Source: an uncultured Bacteroidales bacterium (GTDB lineage: Bacteria; Bacteroidota; Bacteroidia; Bacteroidales; UBA932). From it: 64,000 nucleotides of DNA. The stretch covers positions 54,391 to 118,390 of the forward strand of contig CALZOR010000001.1 in NCBI GenBank assembly GCA_945827785.1, written 5' to 3'. A program made the position numbers and the translations under genes. Below are positions 39,904 through 49,937 of the stretch, piece by piece; position 1 is the first letter of the stretch; each line of letters starts with the position of its first letter. The notes beneath the pieces were generated by a model. It was not told where the DNA came from, made no database searches, and saw nothing but the letters and a program-made list of their open reading frames with translations.

Positions 39904-42258
39904 TTATCTTTCAACAGGTAAAGTCAATACAAATTTTGCTCCGCCGGTGTAGCTCTGGTCCAGCCAAATATATCCTCCCATCCTCTTGGAAATCTTGATG
40001 CATATATCCAGTCCGAGACCATGGCCGGCTCCATTTTCATTATTATCCACGCTGACAAAACGGTTGAAAATCTCATCAGCCTTCTCAGGAGGTACTCCGC
40101 AACCCGTGTCGGTCACGATGAAATCCACGAACCCGTCCTCCCTGCTCGGGCAGCAGTGAACCCGTATTTCTCCCTCGGTCGTTGCCTTGCAGGAATTTGA
40201 CAGCATGTTTATAAGAATCTGCTGGACACGTTTCGGGTCAGTATTTATGCAAAAGAAGTCATCATATTCCGAAGTGAAATATAGATTGACTCCGTTCGGG
40301 ACCCTCATCATGCTGCAGGATACGGCCTTGCGGCAGATATTGTTGCATGATGCGGTGGAAAAGCGAATCTTGAGGATATCATGCTCGATGTCGGATATGC
40401 TGAGGATGTCATCTATGAGCATTGTGAGCAGTTCACCGCTGGATTCGATATATTTTACATATTCGGTTTTTTCTTCTTCAGAAAGACTGTCTCCGGCAAG
40501 TGTCAGCAGCTGAGAATACCCGATTACCGCGTTCAGAGGTGTACGGATATCATGGCTGATATTGTTCACGAACTGGGTTTTCAGTCGGCTTTCCTCCTTG
40601 GAAATGCGGGCCTGTTCGATGGCCTGTGCATATTCGCTTTCCCGGCGTACCTCCAGGTCAACATCAGCAAGTGCAAAGGCAAATTCCTTCAAATCCTCAT
40701 TCAAGTCCTCTCCGTAGCGGATAAGCACGACATCCATCCATCTGTATTCCCCGTCCGGCATGCGGAAACGAAAGCGTTCCTGATGACGTCTGCGGCCTTT
40801 CAGGATGCCCATGATGTATTCTTTTTTTGAGAATTCAATCATCCTTTTAAAGTCATCCGGATGGCAATACGCCTTCATCAGTGCGGCATAAGAATCATAA
40901 AGGGTATTGAATGCCCGGCTGTTCCATCCGAGTGACTGGTCCAGGTCCTTGTATATCACGGAGAAATTTCCGTCGATACGCACGACCTTCAGGGATACGT
41001 ACTGGGCGGCAATTCCATGAATGAGGTTGAAATCATGCTCAAGCTGCTCATTCTGCCTTACATTCTCAAGCTCCTCCTTCGAATATTTCCTGAAAACTAC
41101 AGCGACTGCAGGCTCTTCACTCAACTTACGGTCCACAGGATAGAGCGAAGCCCTCAGCCATGTATGTTCCCCGGCGAAAATTGCCTTGAATGCATAGTCG
41201 GCACGCCTGTGGTTGTTATAGACCGCCTGGAGATTGTCACTCCCGGCAAATACCCTCCAGCCATCCCTGAACTCTTCGTCAATGTGAGGGCACAGCAATT
41301 CTATGCCATGAGGTATTGTGAGTGTTTCCGTATTCTCATCCAGATAGTTGAAGAATGGTGTGGTCTTGACCACCGTTATCAAATTACGCTGAAGGTTGAA
41401 AATGAATCCTCCTACCTGTCTGCTGGATATTGTGTTCTGGATAATATTCTCCGAAACTTTGAGAGTGCGGTCCTCGAATGAAACGACCATGTCGTCATTT
41501 GCCAGCCTGTTGGCCGTTATCCTGTACCATCTCAATTCTCCTTTCGGATCGAGAGAGGAAAAATGCTGCCTGTAAACAGGAGAAGAACGGAAATAGTTGT
41601 CGAGGAAATCATACCTCTGGAAATTCAGAATCTGCCCGGCCTGAGACTTGTCAATGTACAATTCAACAAACTTGTGCATGTATCTCGAGAACTCGCCCTC
41701 CTCATTCAACGGCAGCCGGGACTCGATTTCCGGAGTCGTCTTGACCGTTGAATAACGGTCTTCCTTCAGGTTTACGATAAGGATTGCAAGGGCATCACGT
41801 GAGTTGTAATAATTGAAATAACTCTTGAGCATGAGGCTCCTGCTCTTCCAATCATCGTCGATGTGGCTTATTTTCGTAAGGTCCCTGTGAGTTCCTTCGC
41901 ATCTTATCCTGTCCGTGTATGACCAGTTCCTCCGGCCTCCACATCTTATCACCCTGCGGCTTCCGTCCGGATGATTCCACTTGTACTGCACCTCCGAGGT
42001 CTGCCCGTCTATCATTCTTTTCATATTGGCATCCAGAAGCTGCTCCGCTTCTTCATCCACACCCCTGTGCCAAAATTCATAGATATCCTCCGGACTGAGG
42101 TCCGGGGAGCAACCCAGAAGGGAAGCCATGATCGGATCGACAAGCATACGAGGCCTTTGGCCTTCAATGAGTTCCACGGCATATACACCAATGCCGAGAT
42201 TCTCCAGCACATTCGCCGGGGTTAACTGTGTTGAAATCTGTCCTGGATTCTCTTTCAT
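39904..42258 (-). CDS. Cytoplasmic PAS-repeat histidine kinase
   Basis: No TM; PAS/PAC-like repeats (HPDD, DGEYRW); ISHDIRTPLN, NMLSNSCK, DTGCG, GHGLGL; ATG 42258 downstream of TATATTTG (-) at 42283-42290. Confidence 0.88.
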   Translation of the reverse strand: MKENPGQISTQLTPANVLENLGIGVYAVELIEGQRPRMLVDPIMASLLGCSPDLSPEDIYEFWHRGVDEEAEQLLDANMKRMIDGQTSEVQYKWNHPDGSRRVIRCGGRRNWSYTDRIRCEGTHRDLTKISHIDDDWKSRSLMLKSYFNYYNSRDALAILIVNLKEDRYSTVKTTPEIESRLPLNEEGEFSRYMHKFVELYIDKSQAGQILNFQRYDFLDNYFRSSPVYRQHFSSLDPKGELRWYRITANRLANDDMVVSFEDRTLKVSENIIQNTISSRQVGGFIFNLQRNLITVVKTTPFFNYLDENTETLTIPHGIELLCPHIDEEFRDGWRVFAGSDNLQAVYNNHRRADYAFKAIFAGEHTWLRASLYPVDRKLSEEPAVAVVFRKYSKEELENVRQNEQLEHDFNLIHGIAAQYVSLKVVRIDGNFSVIYKDLDQSLGWNSRAFNTLYDSYAALMKAYCHPDDFKRMIEFSKKEYIMGILKGRRRHQERFRFRMPDGEYRWMDVVLIRYGEDLNEDLKEFAFALADVDLEVRRESEYAQAIEQARISKEESRLKTQFVNNISHDIRTPLNAVIGYSQLLTLAGDSLSEEEKTEYVKYIESSGELLTMLIDDILSISDIEHDILKIRFSTASCNNICRKAVSCSMMRVPNGVNLYFTSEYDDFFCINTDPKRVQQILINMLSNSCKATTEGEIRVHCCPSREDGFVDFIVTDTGCGVPPEKADEIFNRFVSVDNNENGAGHGLGLDICIKISKRMGGYIWLDQSYTGGAKFVLTLPVER

Positions 42259-42468
42259 AAAGTAATATTCCACAATATCGGGCAAATATAACATTTTCCA
42301 ATTAATAATTCCCGGGACAATTCTCAGATTATCATAAAATTCAGCAATAAAAGGAATTTTATGCTAATTTATAATCATTTTAAAATCAGATTTGCATTAT
42401 GTACATAAAAGCAGTATATTTGCCAGCTAATTGTGTATCGACTTTTTACAGAAAGTTTTTAAAAGAAG

Positions 42469-44367
42469 ATGAAAAGATTAGTTGTTTTTTCACTGGCAGC
42501 CGCAGTTTTGTTCATTTCCTGCAACCGCCAGATTAAGCCTGAGTCGGTCAAGACAAAAAATGAGATTGAATATGAGATGAGCTGGGAAGATGTTTTCGGC
42601 AAGGTCAATCCTGAAAAGACCTGGTCCGAAAGTGCCGTTGCCAGCATCAATGTCAAGAATGCAGGCGATGCTCAGATAAGCATCTACTCTCTCGGAGAGT
42701 CAAAGCGGGTGCTTCTTGCAAGGGAGACCGTCTCATCTGACGCCACAATCACATTCGACATGCCGCTCGGCCTGGATTACGGTATCAGTGTCTGCAAGGA
42801 AAATGCAGAAGGCACCACATACATGTCTGTCAACAATTCTCAGCTTGCCGCAGGCACTGCAACGGTTGATTTCGCCGTTGCATCTACAAAGGCAGACTTC
42901 CCTGCCATTACTGAGCAGAACAAAGCTGCTCTTACAATGCCGACAGCAGTCAGTCAGGCAACCGGAGAAAGGGCCAAAATCTGGGGATATACCAACTTCC
43001 CTTCATGGATCTGGTTTGACATCAACGAGGCCATCCCGGAGAACAAATCAGCAGTGGAAATGGGCCAGATTACCAATTTCGACCTTCAGTCCAACGGTAT
43101 TTTCTACATTGCCGCCATTTATGGTGCAACCGGTACGTCATCTGCAGAAATCGGATACTATTACTACACCGGCGAGGCAAAACCTGAAAATATAACTTAT
43201 GTCCCGTTAATAGATGCGCTCAGGGCAGACTACTACTATGATGACATCACCATATCTAAGGAAGAGGCTCTTCCAAAAGTAATGTGGGCTGACAAATTAT
43301 GGAAATGGACCCCTGCAAATTTCTGCTATTATGACACAGTTGGCGGCATGAAGAGCAGCGGATTCCAGACAAGAACCGGTGACAATCAGTTCAGCACCCT
43401 TTCCATACACGAGACCTATGGAAACATAGATCCGACCAAAAGCGGGATTTCCCTCATCAAAGGCCTTACCTTCCAGGTGGATGCTCCGAAGGGCAGCATG
43501 GTCGGTTTCTATTGCAAGACAGCATCAACGAGGAATCACACCACGGCAGGCTTGAACACAAGCAAGAGGCCAAGAGCCGCAATCAAGGTATATGACGGAT
43601 TCCGATTCATCGGTCTTGAAGACGGAACCGCCACCAGCAAGAATGAGCCGGACTGCAACGACATAGCATTCGTCATGGTTCCGGGCAACGACGGAGTGCT
43701 TCCAGGGCTCTTCCTTCCATACATCAAGGACAACAACAGCGACAAATACTACAACGGCGACGGTACACTTACCGAAGAGCCTAAATACGACGTTGCAACC
43801 GATGGTCCGGACCAAATACATGAAGACCTTGCTGCACAGAAGAACATCTGGACCATGGCCTTCGAGGACATGGCAACCAAGGGAGACTTTGATTTCAACG
43901 ACCTTGTACTGACAATCGTTCCTGACAAGAAAACCGCGAACGCGGACATATATATCTGCGCAACAGGCGGCACTATAAGCTCATACCTCTATTATGGAGA
44001 AGAGCAGATTGGTGAAATTCACTCGCTTTTGGGAAGCATCGAGGGAGGAAAGAATGTGATTGCAAATACACACTCACAGAAGTACCAGATGAAGAAAATC
44101 CGTACCATCGACCTGGACAAGAATACAAAGATTGAGGATGTGGCAAGAAAATTCAAGTTGATTGTCGGCAATGATGTCGTGACCCTTCCGGGAAAGGGAG
44201 AAGTCCCGAAAGCAATTCTAGTTCCGGGTTTCTGGGCATGGCCTAAGGAATCCACAAGGATAGATACAGCATATCCGCGTTTTGCAGACTGGGCTTACGA
44301 CGGAAAAAACAGCAATCATGCAGGCTGGTACAAACATCCTGAAGAGGGTAAAACAGTAATATTCTGA
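42469..44367 (+). CDS. LruC/DUF4842-like surface lipoprotein
   Basis: Lipobox FISC; IGLED...DCND, MAFED...DFDFNDLV, WAWPKE...IDTAYPRF..W motifs; promoter TATATTTG at 42415-42422. Confidence 0.7.
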   Translation: MKRLVVFSLAAAVLFISCNRQIKPESVKTKNEIEYEMSWEDVFGKVNPEKTWSESAVASINVKNAGDAQISIYSLGESKRVLLARETVSSDATITFDMPLGLDYGISVCKENAEGTTYMSVNNSQLAAGTATVDFAVASTKADFPAITEQNKAALTMPTAVSQATGERAKIWGYTNFPSWIWFDINEAIPENKSAVEMGQITNFDLQSNGIFYIAAIYGATGTSSAEIGYYYYTGEAKPENITYVPLIDALRADYYYDDITISKEEALPKVMWADKLWKWTPANFCYYDTVGGMKSSGFQTRTGDNQFSTLSIHETYGNIDPTKSGISLIKGLTFQVDAPKGSMVGFYCKTASTRNHTTAGLNTSKRPRAAIKVYDGFRFIGLEDGTATSKNEPDCNDIAFVMVPGNDGVLPGLFLPYIKDNNSDKYYNGDGTLTEEPKYDVATDGPDQIHEDLAAQKNIWTMAFEDMATKGDFDFNDLVLTIVPDKKTANADIYICATGGTISSYLYYGEEQIGEIHSLLGSIEGGKNVIANTHSQKYQMKKIRTIDLDKNTKIEDVARKFKLIVGNDVVTLPGKGEVPKAILVPGFWAWPKESTRIDTAYPRFADWAYDGKNSNHAGWYKHPEEGKTVIF

Positions 44368-44429
44368 AACTGAACATTCCAATACTGGACAAGCTGAAAA
44401 GCACAAAGGTCCTGCAGAACTATTCCTAC

Positions 44430-45611
44430 ATGTCGGCACTCAATATTGTGAGTGCCCTTGTAGGATTTTTCATATATCCTTATGTTATCAGGGTGCTCGG
44501 GGCAGAGCAGTACGGACTCTATGCCTTCCTGCTTGCAATTGCGATGTATTTTCAGGACCTGATTGATTTCGGGTTCGACTCCCCATGCACCAAAAGGGTT
44601 GCCCTGTGTGCGGACGACAAGCAGGAGCTGAGCAGGACGGTTTCGGTGGTGCTCTTCTGCAAACTGACCCTCATTGCGCTGTCCGCGGCTATTGCCGCTC
44701 CGATTATCCTGGCAATTCCCATCCTGAGGGACAATCTGTGGCTCTTCATTGTTATTTTCATCCAAAATCTCTACAAGACATTCTACCCCCAGTGGTACTA
44801 CCTCGGAACGAAGAACATGAAGTTCAGTTCCATTCTTCAGGCAGTAATCCGAATAAGCCAGATTCCACTGATTCTTATTTTTGTAAAAGATACCGGCGAC
44901 CTTATGGTCTATGCCCTGATTGTCAGCGGCACCATGCTCGTCGGCAGTATCGTCGGAGGAGTGAATGTGCTGATGGAAGGCATACGCATCGTCGGTGTCA
45001 GTTTCAGTCAGATGAAGGAATATTATAAAGAGGCTACACCATTTTTCGTAACCACTATTTCGGGGCGCATCAAGGAGAAGACTTTGACGGCCATCATCGG
45101 AGCTTGTTTCGGCATGAGGGATGTAGCCATCTATGACCTTGCATGCAAAATTATCCAGATTCCGAAACTGCTGCTCAATTCAATCAATGCAGCTCTCTTC
45201 CCTGAGGTTGTCACCAATGCGACGACAGACAAGGTGAACAGAATCCTGAAATATGAAAGGCTGATTTCCATTGCAACGGTGCTTTGCATTGCCATCTTCG
45301 GCTACCCGGCAACGCTTATTCTTGGAGGAAGGGACATGATTGCAGCCTATCCGGTTGCTCTTATCCTTTCGTTCACAATCTATTTCATGCTGATTACAGG
45401 AGCATATCTGCAATTCGTATTCGTTGCACGCGGAGGATATCGCTATGTTGCATGGAATCAGGTGATTGCGCTCGCCACTTGCATGGTATTCTGCGGAGTT
45501 GGCATGCTCATCTGGCCGTCGGTATGGTCAGTTGCGCTGTCCCTCACGCTTTCGACCGCCGGTGAAGTCATCTACTGCCGTATCATCACCAGGCGGCATT
45601 TCACTGACTAA
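44430..45611 (+). CDS. Wzx-type polysaccharide flippase
   Basis: YPYVIRVLGAEQYG, DFGFD, many TM helices; true start may be an upstream CTG (about 44370). Confidence 0.85.
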   Translation: MSALNIVSALVGFFIYPYVIRVLGAEQYGLYAFLLAIAMYFQDLIDFGFDSPCTKRVALCADDKQELSRTVSVVLFCKLTLIALSAAIAAPIILAIPILRDNLWLFIVIFIQNLYKTFYPQWYYLGTKNMKFSSILQAVIRISQIPLILIFVKDTGDLMVYALIVSGTMLVGSIVGGVNVLMEGIRIVGVSFSQMKEYYKEATPFFVTTISGRIKEKTLTAIIGACFGMRDVAIYDLACKIIQIPKLLLNSINAALFPEVVTNATTDKVNRILKYERLISIATVLCIAIFGYPATLILGGRDMIAAYPVALILSFTIYFMLITGAYLQFVFVARGGYRYVAWNQVIALATCMVFCGVGMLIWPSVWSVALSLTLSTAGEVIYCRIITRRHFTD

Positions 45612-45643
45612 GTTTTTTTTCAAAAATTTCTTGAAGGCCGGAC

Positions 45644-45952
45644 CTACTCGGCCTCGAAAAGATAGACGTCATCGCCTGGGGCCGCAAAATGGAACTGCTC
45701 CCGGGCAAATTTCTCGAGAGTGTCCCTCTGGTTGCAGAGCATGTCATACCGTTTCTGAAGGATTGCATTTTCCTGACGATATTCCCGGATTATCTTCTCT
45801 TGACGGGAAATTTCAATCTTTGCACGTACCCAATGGATGACTGTGGTCCCCGGGCCGACAAGCCACAAGGCCACGAACAGAGCCGTAGTACCTGTTACGA
45901 AATAGGCAAACTTCTTGTGTTCACCATTGTATATATCTTTGAAACGTACCAA
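45644..45952 (-). CDS. Septum formation initiator (FtsB/DivIC family)
   Basis: TM helix, coiled coil, LEKFAREQFHF..PGDDVY; start uncertain, TTG 45952 chosen downstream of TATTTTTG (-) at 45990-45997. Confidence 0.8.
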   Translation of the reverse strand: MVRFKDIYNGEHKKFAYFVTGTTALFVALWLVGPGTTVIHWVRAKIEISRQEKIIREYRQENAILQKRYDMLCNQRDTLEKFAREQFHFAAPGDDVYLFEAE

Positions 45953-46066
45953 AAATGACAGTTTTTTATGATTTAGATTTCTTTGTCCGCAAAAATAACT
46001 ATTTTTGGAAGATATTTGTTCTATACGAATTTGAATTTTACATAAACCCAATAAAACAAATTGAAA

Positions 46067-46999
46067 ATGAAACCAACACTTCTAGTTCTTGCTGCCGGAA
46101 TGGGCAGCCGCTATGGCGGGCTCAAACAGATGGACGGTCTCGGTCCAAATGGTGAAACCATCATTGATTACTCGATTTATGATGCTGTTCAGGCAGGTTT
46201 CGGAAAGGTTGTCTATATCGTAAGAGAATATTTCAAAGCCCAGATGGAGGAGGTTGTCAAAGAGAAATACAGCCACGTGAAATGTGTTGACGGCACCCCT
46301 CTCGAATTCCAGTTCGTGACTCAGGAGCTCAACAAGATTCCGGAAGGCTTCACTCTCAACCCTGAGCGCGAAAAACCTTGGGGAACCGCCCATGCAGTGC
46401 TCATGGCAAAAGACGTCATCAAAGAGCCGTTTGCAGTAATCAACGGTGATGACTACTACGGGAAAGAGTCCTTCCGCATAATCGCAGACTGGCTTCGTGC
46501 ACATGAGAACACTCAGGGAGTGTATTCATTGGTTGGCTTCGAGCTTGACAATACCCTTTCAGAATCTGGCGGAGTGTCAAGGGGAATCGGAACTGCCGAC
46601 GAAAATGGCATGCTCACCCATGTGGAGGAGCATCACAAGATAGCAAAGGAAGCGGACGGCAAAGTCTATGGTGAGAATGCTGCAGGCCAGAAGGTTGAGC
46701 TCGGAGCAAAGGCTCTCTGCTCAATGAACATGTGGGGATTTACTCCTGACTACTTTGCAAAGAGCGAGGAAATCTTCAAGGGCTTCCTTCAGAAGAACAT
46801 AGGCGAGCTCAAGGCTGAGTTCTACATCCCTTATGTAGTGGACTGCATGATCAAGGACAAGAGCGCAAAGACAGAGCTTCTCTCCACACCTTCACGCTGG
46901 TTCGGTGTCACCTTCAAAGAGGACAGACCGGGGGTTGTCGCCAAGTTCCAAGAATTTGCAGACAAAGGGGTATATCCTTCTCCGCTCTACACCAAGTAA
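46067..46999 (+). CDS. Sugar-phosphate nucleotidyltransferase family protein
   Basis: LAAGMGSRYGGLKQ, KPWGTAHA, VINGDDYYG, SMNMWGF, WFGVT. Confidence 0.88.
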   Translation: MKPTLLVLAAGMGSRYGGLKQMDGLGPNGETIIDYSIYDAVQAGFGKVVYIVREYFKAQMEEVVKEKYSHVKCVDGTPLEFQFVTQELNKIPEGFTLNPEREKPWGTAHAVLMAKDVIKEPFAVINGDDYYGKESFRIIADWLRAHENTQGVYSLVGFELDNTLSESGGVSRGIGTADENGMLTHVEEHHKIAKEADGKVYGENAAGQKVELGAKALCSMNMWGFTPDYFAKSEEIFKGFLQKNIGELKAEFYIPYVVDCMIKDKSAKTELLSTPSRWFGVTFKEDRPGVVAKFQEFADKGVYPSPLYTK

Positions 47000-47016
47000 T
47001 TAAATTTCAATATAAT

Positions 47017-47907
47017 ATGAAATTTTTTAAGAAAGCCGGAAAGAGGTCTTATGACCTCTTTTCCAATTATAGCTACTACGTTCCCGGTGTCGGCGGCATG
47101 TTCATGATGCTGCTTATGTTCCTTGTCGGAAGCATTCTGGGAAGTATCCTGACAGTTGTATTATCTTTGATCTCGCCTGATTTTGCCAATATCTATGGAA
47201 TGATGATTTCATACCCGGTAATGTTCATCCCGCCTATGCTTTATGCCAGCAGCCAGAGCCGCCGGAACGAAGTCTTCGAGAAGGGTTATGCTCTTGACAG
47301 CAGCAATTTCGGACAGAACCGCTGGTGGGTAATGATAGTTGCCGTGATGTTCTCGACAATCAGTCTTGCCTTTATCTGCGAACCCCTAATGAAGGTTCTG
47401 CCTCAGACTCCGGAGTGGTTCGAGCAGATCATGAATTCGATCCTGAAGAACAGTCCGCTATGGGTGACCTTGATTTCCGTATCGGTTTTCGCTCCTCTGT
47501 TCGAGGAATGGCTCTGCAGGGGTATCGTGCTGCGCGGACTTCTGACGAAGATGAATCCGGCATGGGCTATAATAATCTCAGCAGCCTTCTTCGCCGTGCT
47601 TCACATGAATCCATGGCAGGCTTTGCCGGCATTCATACTCGGTCTGCTTTTCGGCTATGTTTACTATAAGACAGGCTCGCTCAAGCTGACAATGCTGATG
47701 CATTTTACAAACAACACCATGTCGGCTATATTTTCCAAGATTCCTCAGTTCGAAGAAGCTGAAACATTCATGGATGTAATGAGTCCGTGGGCCTATGCAG
47801 CCGTGTTCGCCCTGTCGGTCATCATTCTGGCAGCAGTCCTTCTCATCTTGCGCAACATCCCGCTCAAAGGCACTGCCGCCGGCAACTGTAACGAAATAGA
47901 AGGCTGA
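47017..47907 (+). CDS. CPBP (CAAX/Abi) family intramembrane metalloprotease
   Basis: EEWLCRG, FAVLH, HFTNN motifs; multi-TM. Confidence 0.9.
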   Translation: MKFFKKAGKRSYDLFSNYSYYVPGVGGMFMMLLMFLVGSILGSILTVVLSLISPDFANIYGMMISYPVMFIPPMLYASSQSRRNEVFEKGYALDSSNFGQNRWWVMIVAVMFSTISLAFICEPLMKVLPQTPEWFEQIMNSILKNSPLWVTLISVSVFAPLFEEWLCRGIVLRGLLTKMNPAWAIIISAAFFAVLHMNPWQALPAFILGLLFGYVYYKTGSLKLTMLMHFTNNTMSAIFSKIPQFEEAETFMDVMSPWAYAAVFALSVIILAAVLLILRNIPLKGTAAGNCNEIEG

Positions 47908-48502
47908 CCCAAAGGGTCGTCGCTGGATAGTTGTCGGAAGGCTCTGACAGAGCGTGGCCGGCCGCGGCCTCGTGAGCGGCTCCCGAAGGAACGAAGTTCC
48001 GAAGGGTGGATGAAGCGAAGCGGAACTCTGACAGAGCCTTCCGACAACTCATCATCACTCTATATAATGTAAGAAACCGACCCTTTTGGGTCGGCTTCAT
48101 CGTTTTTCTTAGACATCGTTCTTCGTGCAAAGCGTTCTTCGTGCAAAGCATCGAGCAGGGCAAGTGGCATTCCAGGGGGCTGTAGGGCCGAAGTGCCTGC
48201 TCGATGTCGCCATTTTGACCTCATCGAGCAGGCGAAATGCCATTCTACGCTACTGTGGGGCCGATACGCCTGCTCGATGTTTTGCACGAAGAACGAATGG
48301 TAGTCGAAAAAACATTACGCAGGCCGCTGGATAGTTGTCGGAAGGCTCTGACAGAGCGTGGCCGGCCGCGGCCTCGTGAGCGGCTCCCGAAGGAACGAAG
48401 TTCCGAAGGGTGGATGAAGCGAAGCGGAACTCTGACAGAGCCTTCCGACAACTCATCATCACCATATAGAATACAAGAAACCGACCCTTTGGGTCGGCTT
48501 CA
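47906..48502. repeat. BIME-like mosaic of palindromic repeats
   Basis: 138-bp identical direct repeat 47921-48058 / 48325-48462, each a hairpin, flanking a second palindromic element 48117-48295. Confidence 0.88.
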
Positions 48503-48526
48503 CTCATCATCACACTAAAGGCCCGA

Positions 48527-49867
48527 CTAGAAGCCGGTATAGGTGGCAGGAGAAATCGCGCGGAGCTCCTCCTTGACGCTTTCGCTGACGTCGAGGGTTT
48601 CGATGAAGTCGGCGATGACCTCGTGATTGATGCCTGCTCCCGTGCGGGTCAAAGCCTTCAGCGTCTCGTAAGGATTAGGATAATTTTCCCTGCGCAGGAT
48701 GGTCTGGATTGCCTCAGCCACCACTGCCCAGTTTCTGTCAAGGTCTGCACGGATTGCGCTTTCGTTAAGAATCAGCTTGCCGAGACCTTTCTTGAGAGAG
48801 TTCAGGGCGATTACTGAGTGAGCAACAGGTACTCCGATGTTCCTGAGCACGGTCGAGTCGGTGAGGTCCCTCTGCAGACGAGAAACCGGAAGCTTGATTG
48901 AAAGGTGGTCATAGATTGCATTTGCAACTCCGAGGTTGCCTTCTGCGTTCTCAAAATCGATTGGATTCACCTTGTGAGGCATGGCAGAAGAGCCCACCTC
49001 CCCGGCTTTCACCTTCTGGCGGAAATACTCCATGGAGATATAGGTCCAGATGTCGCGTGAAAAGTCAATCAGGATGGTATTGATGCGTCTGAGGCAGTCA
49101 AAAAGGGCTGCAAGATTGTCATAATGCTCAATCTGAGTCGTAGGGAACGAGCGTTTCAGGCCGAGCGAAGCAACAAATTCGTTTCCGAATCCAATCCAGT
49201 CAATCTGCGGATAAGCGACCTTGTGCGCATTCATGTTTCCTGTAGCTCCGCCGAACTTTGCAGGGTAGGTCAGCAGGTTGAACTGCCTGATCTGCTCCTG
49301 AAGACGGACCACGAACACCTTCATTTCTTTTCCCACCCTGGTCGGTGATGCCGGCTGGCCGTGTGTCTTTGCCAGCATAGGGATGTCTTTCCATTCCTGG
49401 GCCATGCCTTCGATTGTGCCGAGTACCTCGTTCAGAAGAGGGAGGTAGCAATCCTGGACCGCCTCCTTGAATGAAAGAGGGATGGAAGTGTTGTTGATAT
49501 CCTGTGAGGTAAGTCCGAAATGGATGAATTCGCCCCATTTGCTCAGTCCTGCCTCCTTGAATCTGTCCTTGATGAAATATTCGACAGCCTTGACATCATG
49601 GTTGGTGACCTTTTCTATGTCCTTCACCTTCGCCGCATCCTCCGGGGTCATGTTCCTGTATATGTCCCTGAGGAATCCGAATTTTTCTTTGTCAAAATCT
49701 GCAAGCTGCGGAAGAGGAATTTCGCATAGTGCAATGAAATATTCAATCTCAATCCTCACCCTGTAACGGATAAGTGCATACTCGCTGAAATACTCCCTGA
49801 GGGGCTCTGTCTGACGGGCATATCTGCCGTCAATCGGCGAAACTGCCAAAAGTGAATGACTGTCCAT
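48527..49867 (-). CDS. purB: Adenylosuccinate lyase
   Basis: SPIDGRY, TNHDVKAVEY, HFGLTSQDIN, THGQPA, GSSAMPHKVNPIDFEN. Confidence 0.96.
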   Translation of the reverse strand: MDSHSLLAVSPIDGRYARQTEPLREYFSEYALIRYRVRIEIEYFIALCEIPLPQLADFDKEKFGFLRDIYRNMTPEDAAKVKDIEKVTNHDVKAVEYFIKDRFKEAGLSKWGEFIHFGLTSQDINNTSIPLSFKEAVQDCYLPLLNEVLGTIEGMAQEWKDIPMLAKTHGQPASPTRVGKEMKVFVVRLQEQIRQFNLLTYPAKFGGATGNMNAHKVAYPQIDWIGFGNEFVASLGLKRSFPTTQIEHYDNLAALFDCLRRINTILIDFSRDIWTYISMEYFRQKVKAGEVGSSAMPHKVNPIDFENAEGNLGVANAIYDHLSIKLPVSRLQRDLTDSTVLRNIGVPVAHSVIALNSLKKGLGKLILNESAIRADLDRNWAVVAEAIQTILRRENYPNPYETLKALTRTGAGINHEVIADFIETLDVSESVKEELRAISPATYTGF

Positions 49868-49937
49868 TTTTCCTTATTTATATTTATGGGCGCAAATATA
49901 GGAATTTTTATCGTCCTCATCGCAAAAAATGCAAGGA

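Noticed and set aside
47017-47907. CPBP 'Abi' protease as a defence partner of the HEPN Abi protein
   Set aside because: Shared name only; unrelated fold, separated by purB, murI and prfB.
47906-48502. CRISPR array
   Set aside because: Only two long units; the inner 11-bp repeats are inverted pairs with related 36-nt loops; no cas genes.
47793-48518. Short ORFs (68-99 aa) in the repeat cluster
   Set aside because: They are translations of palindromic repeats on both strands with no protein motifs.
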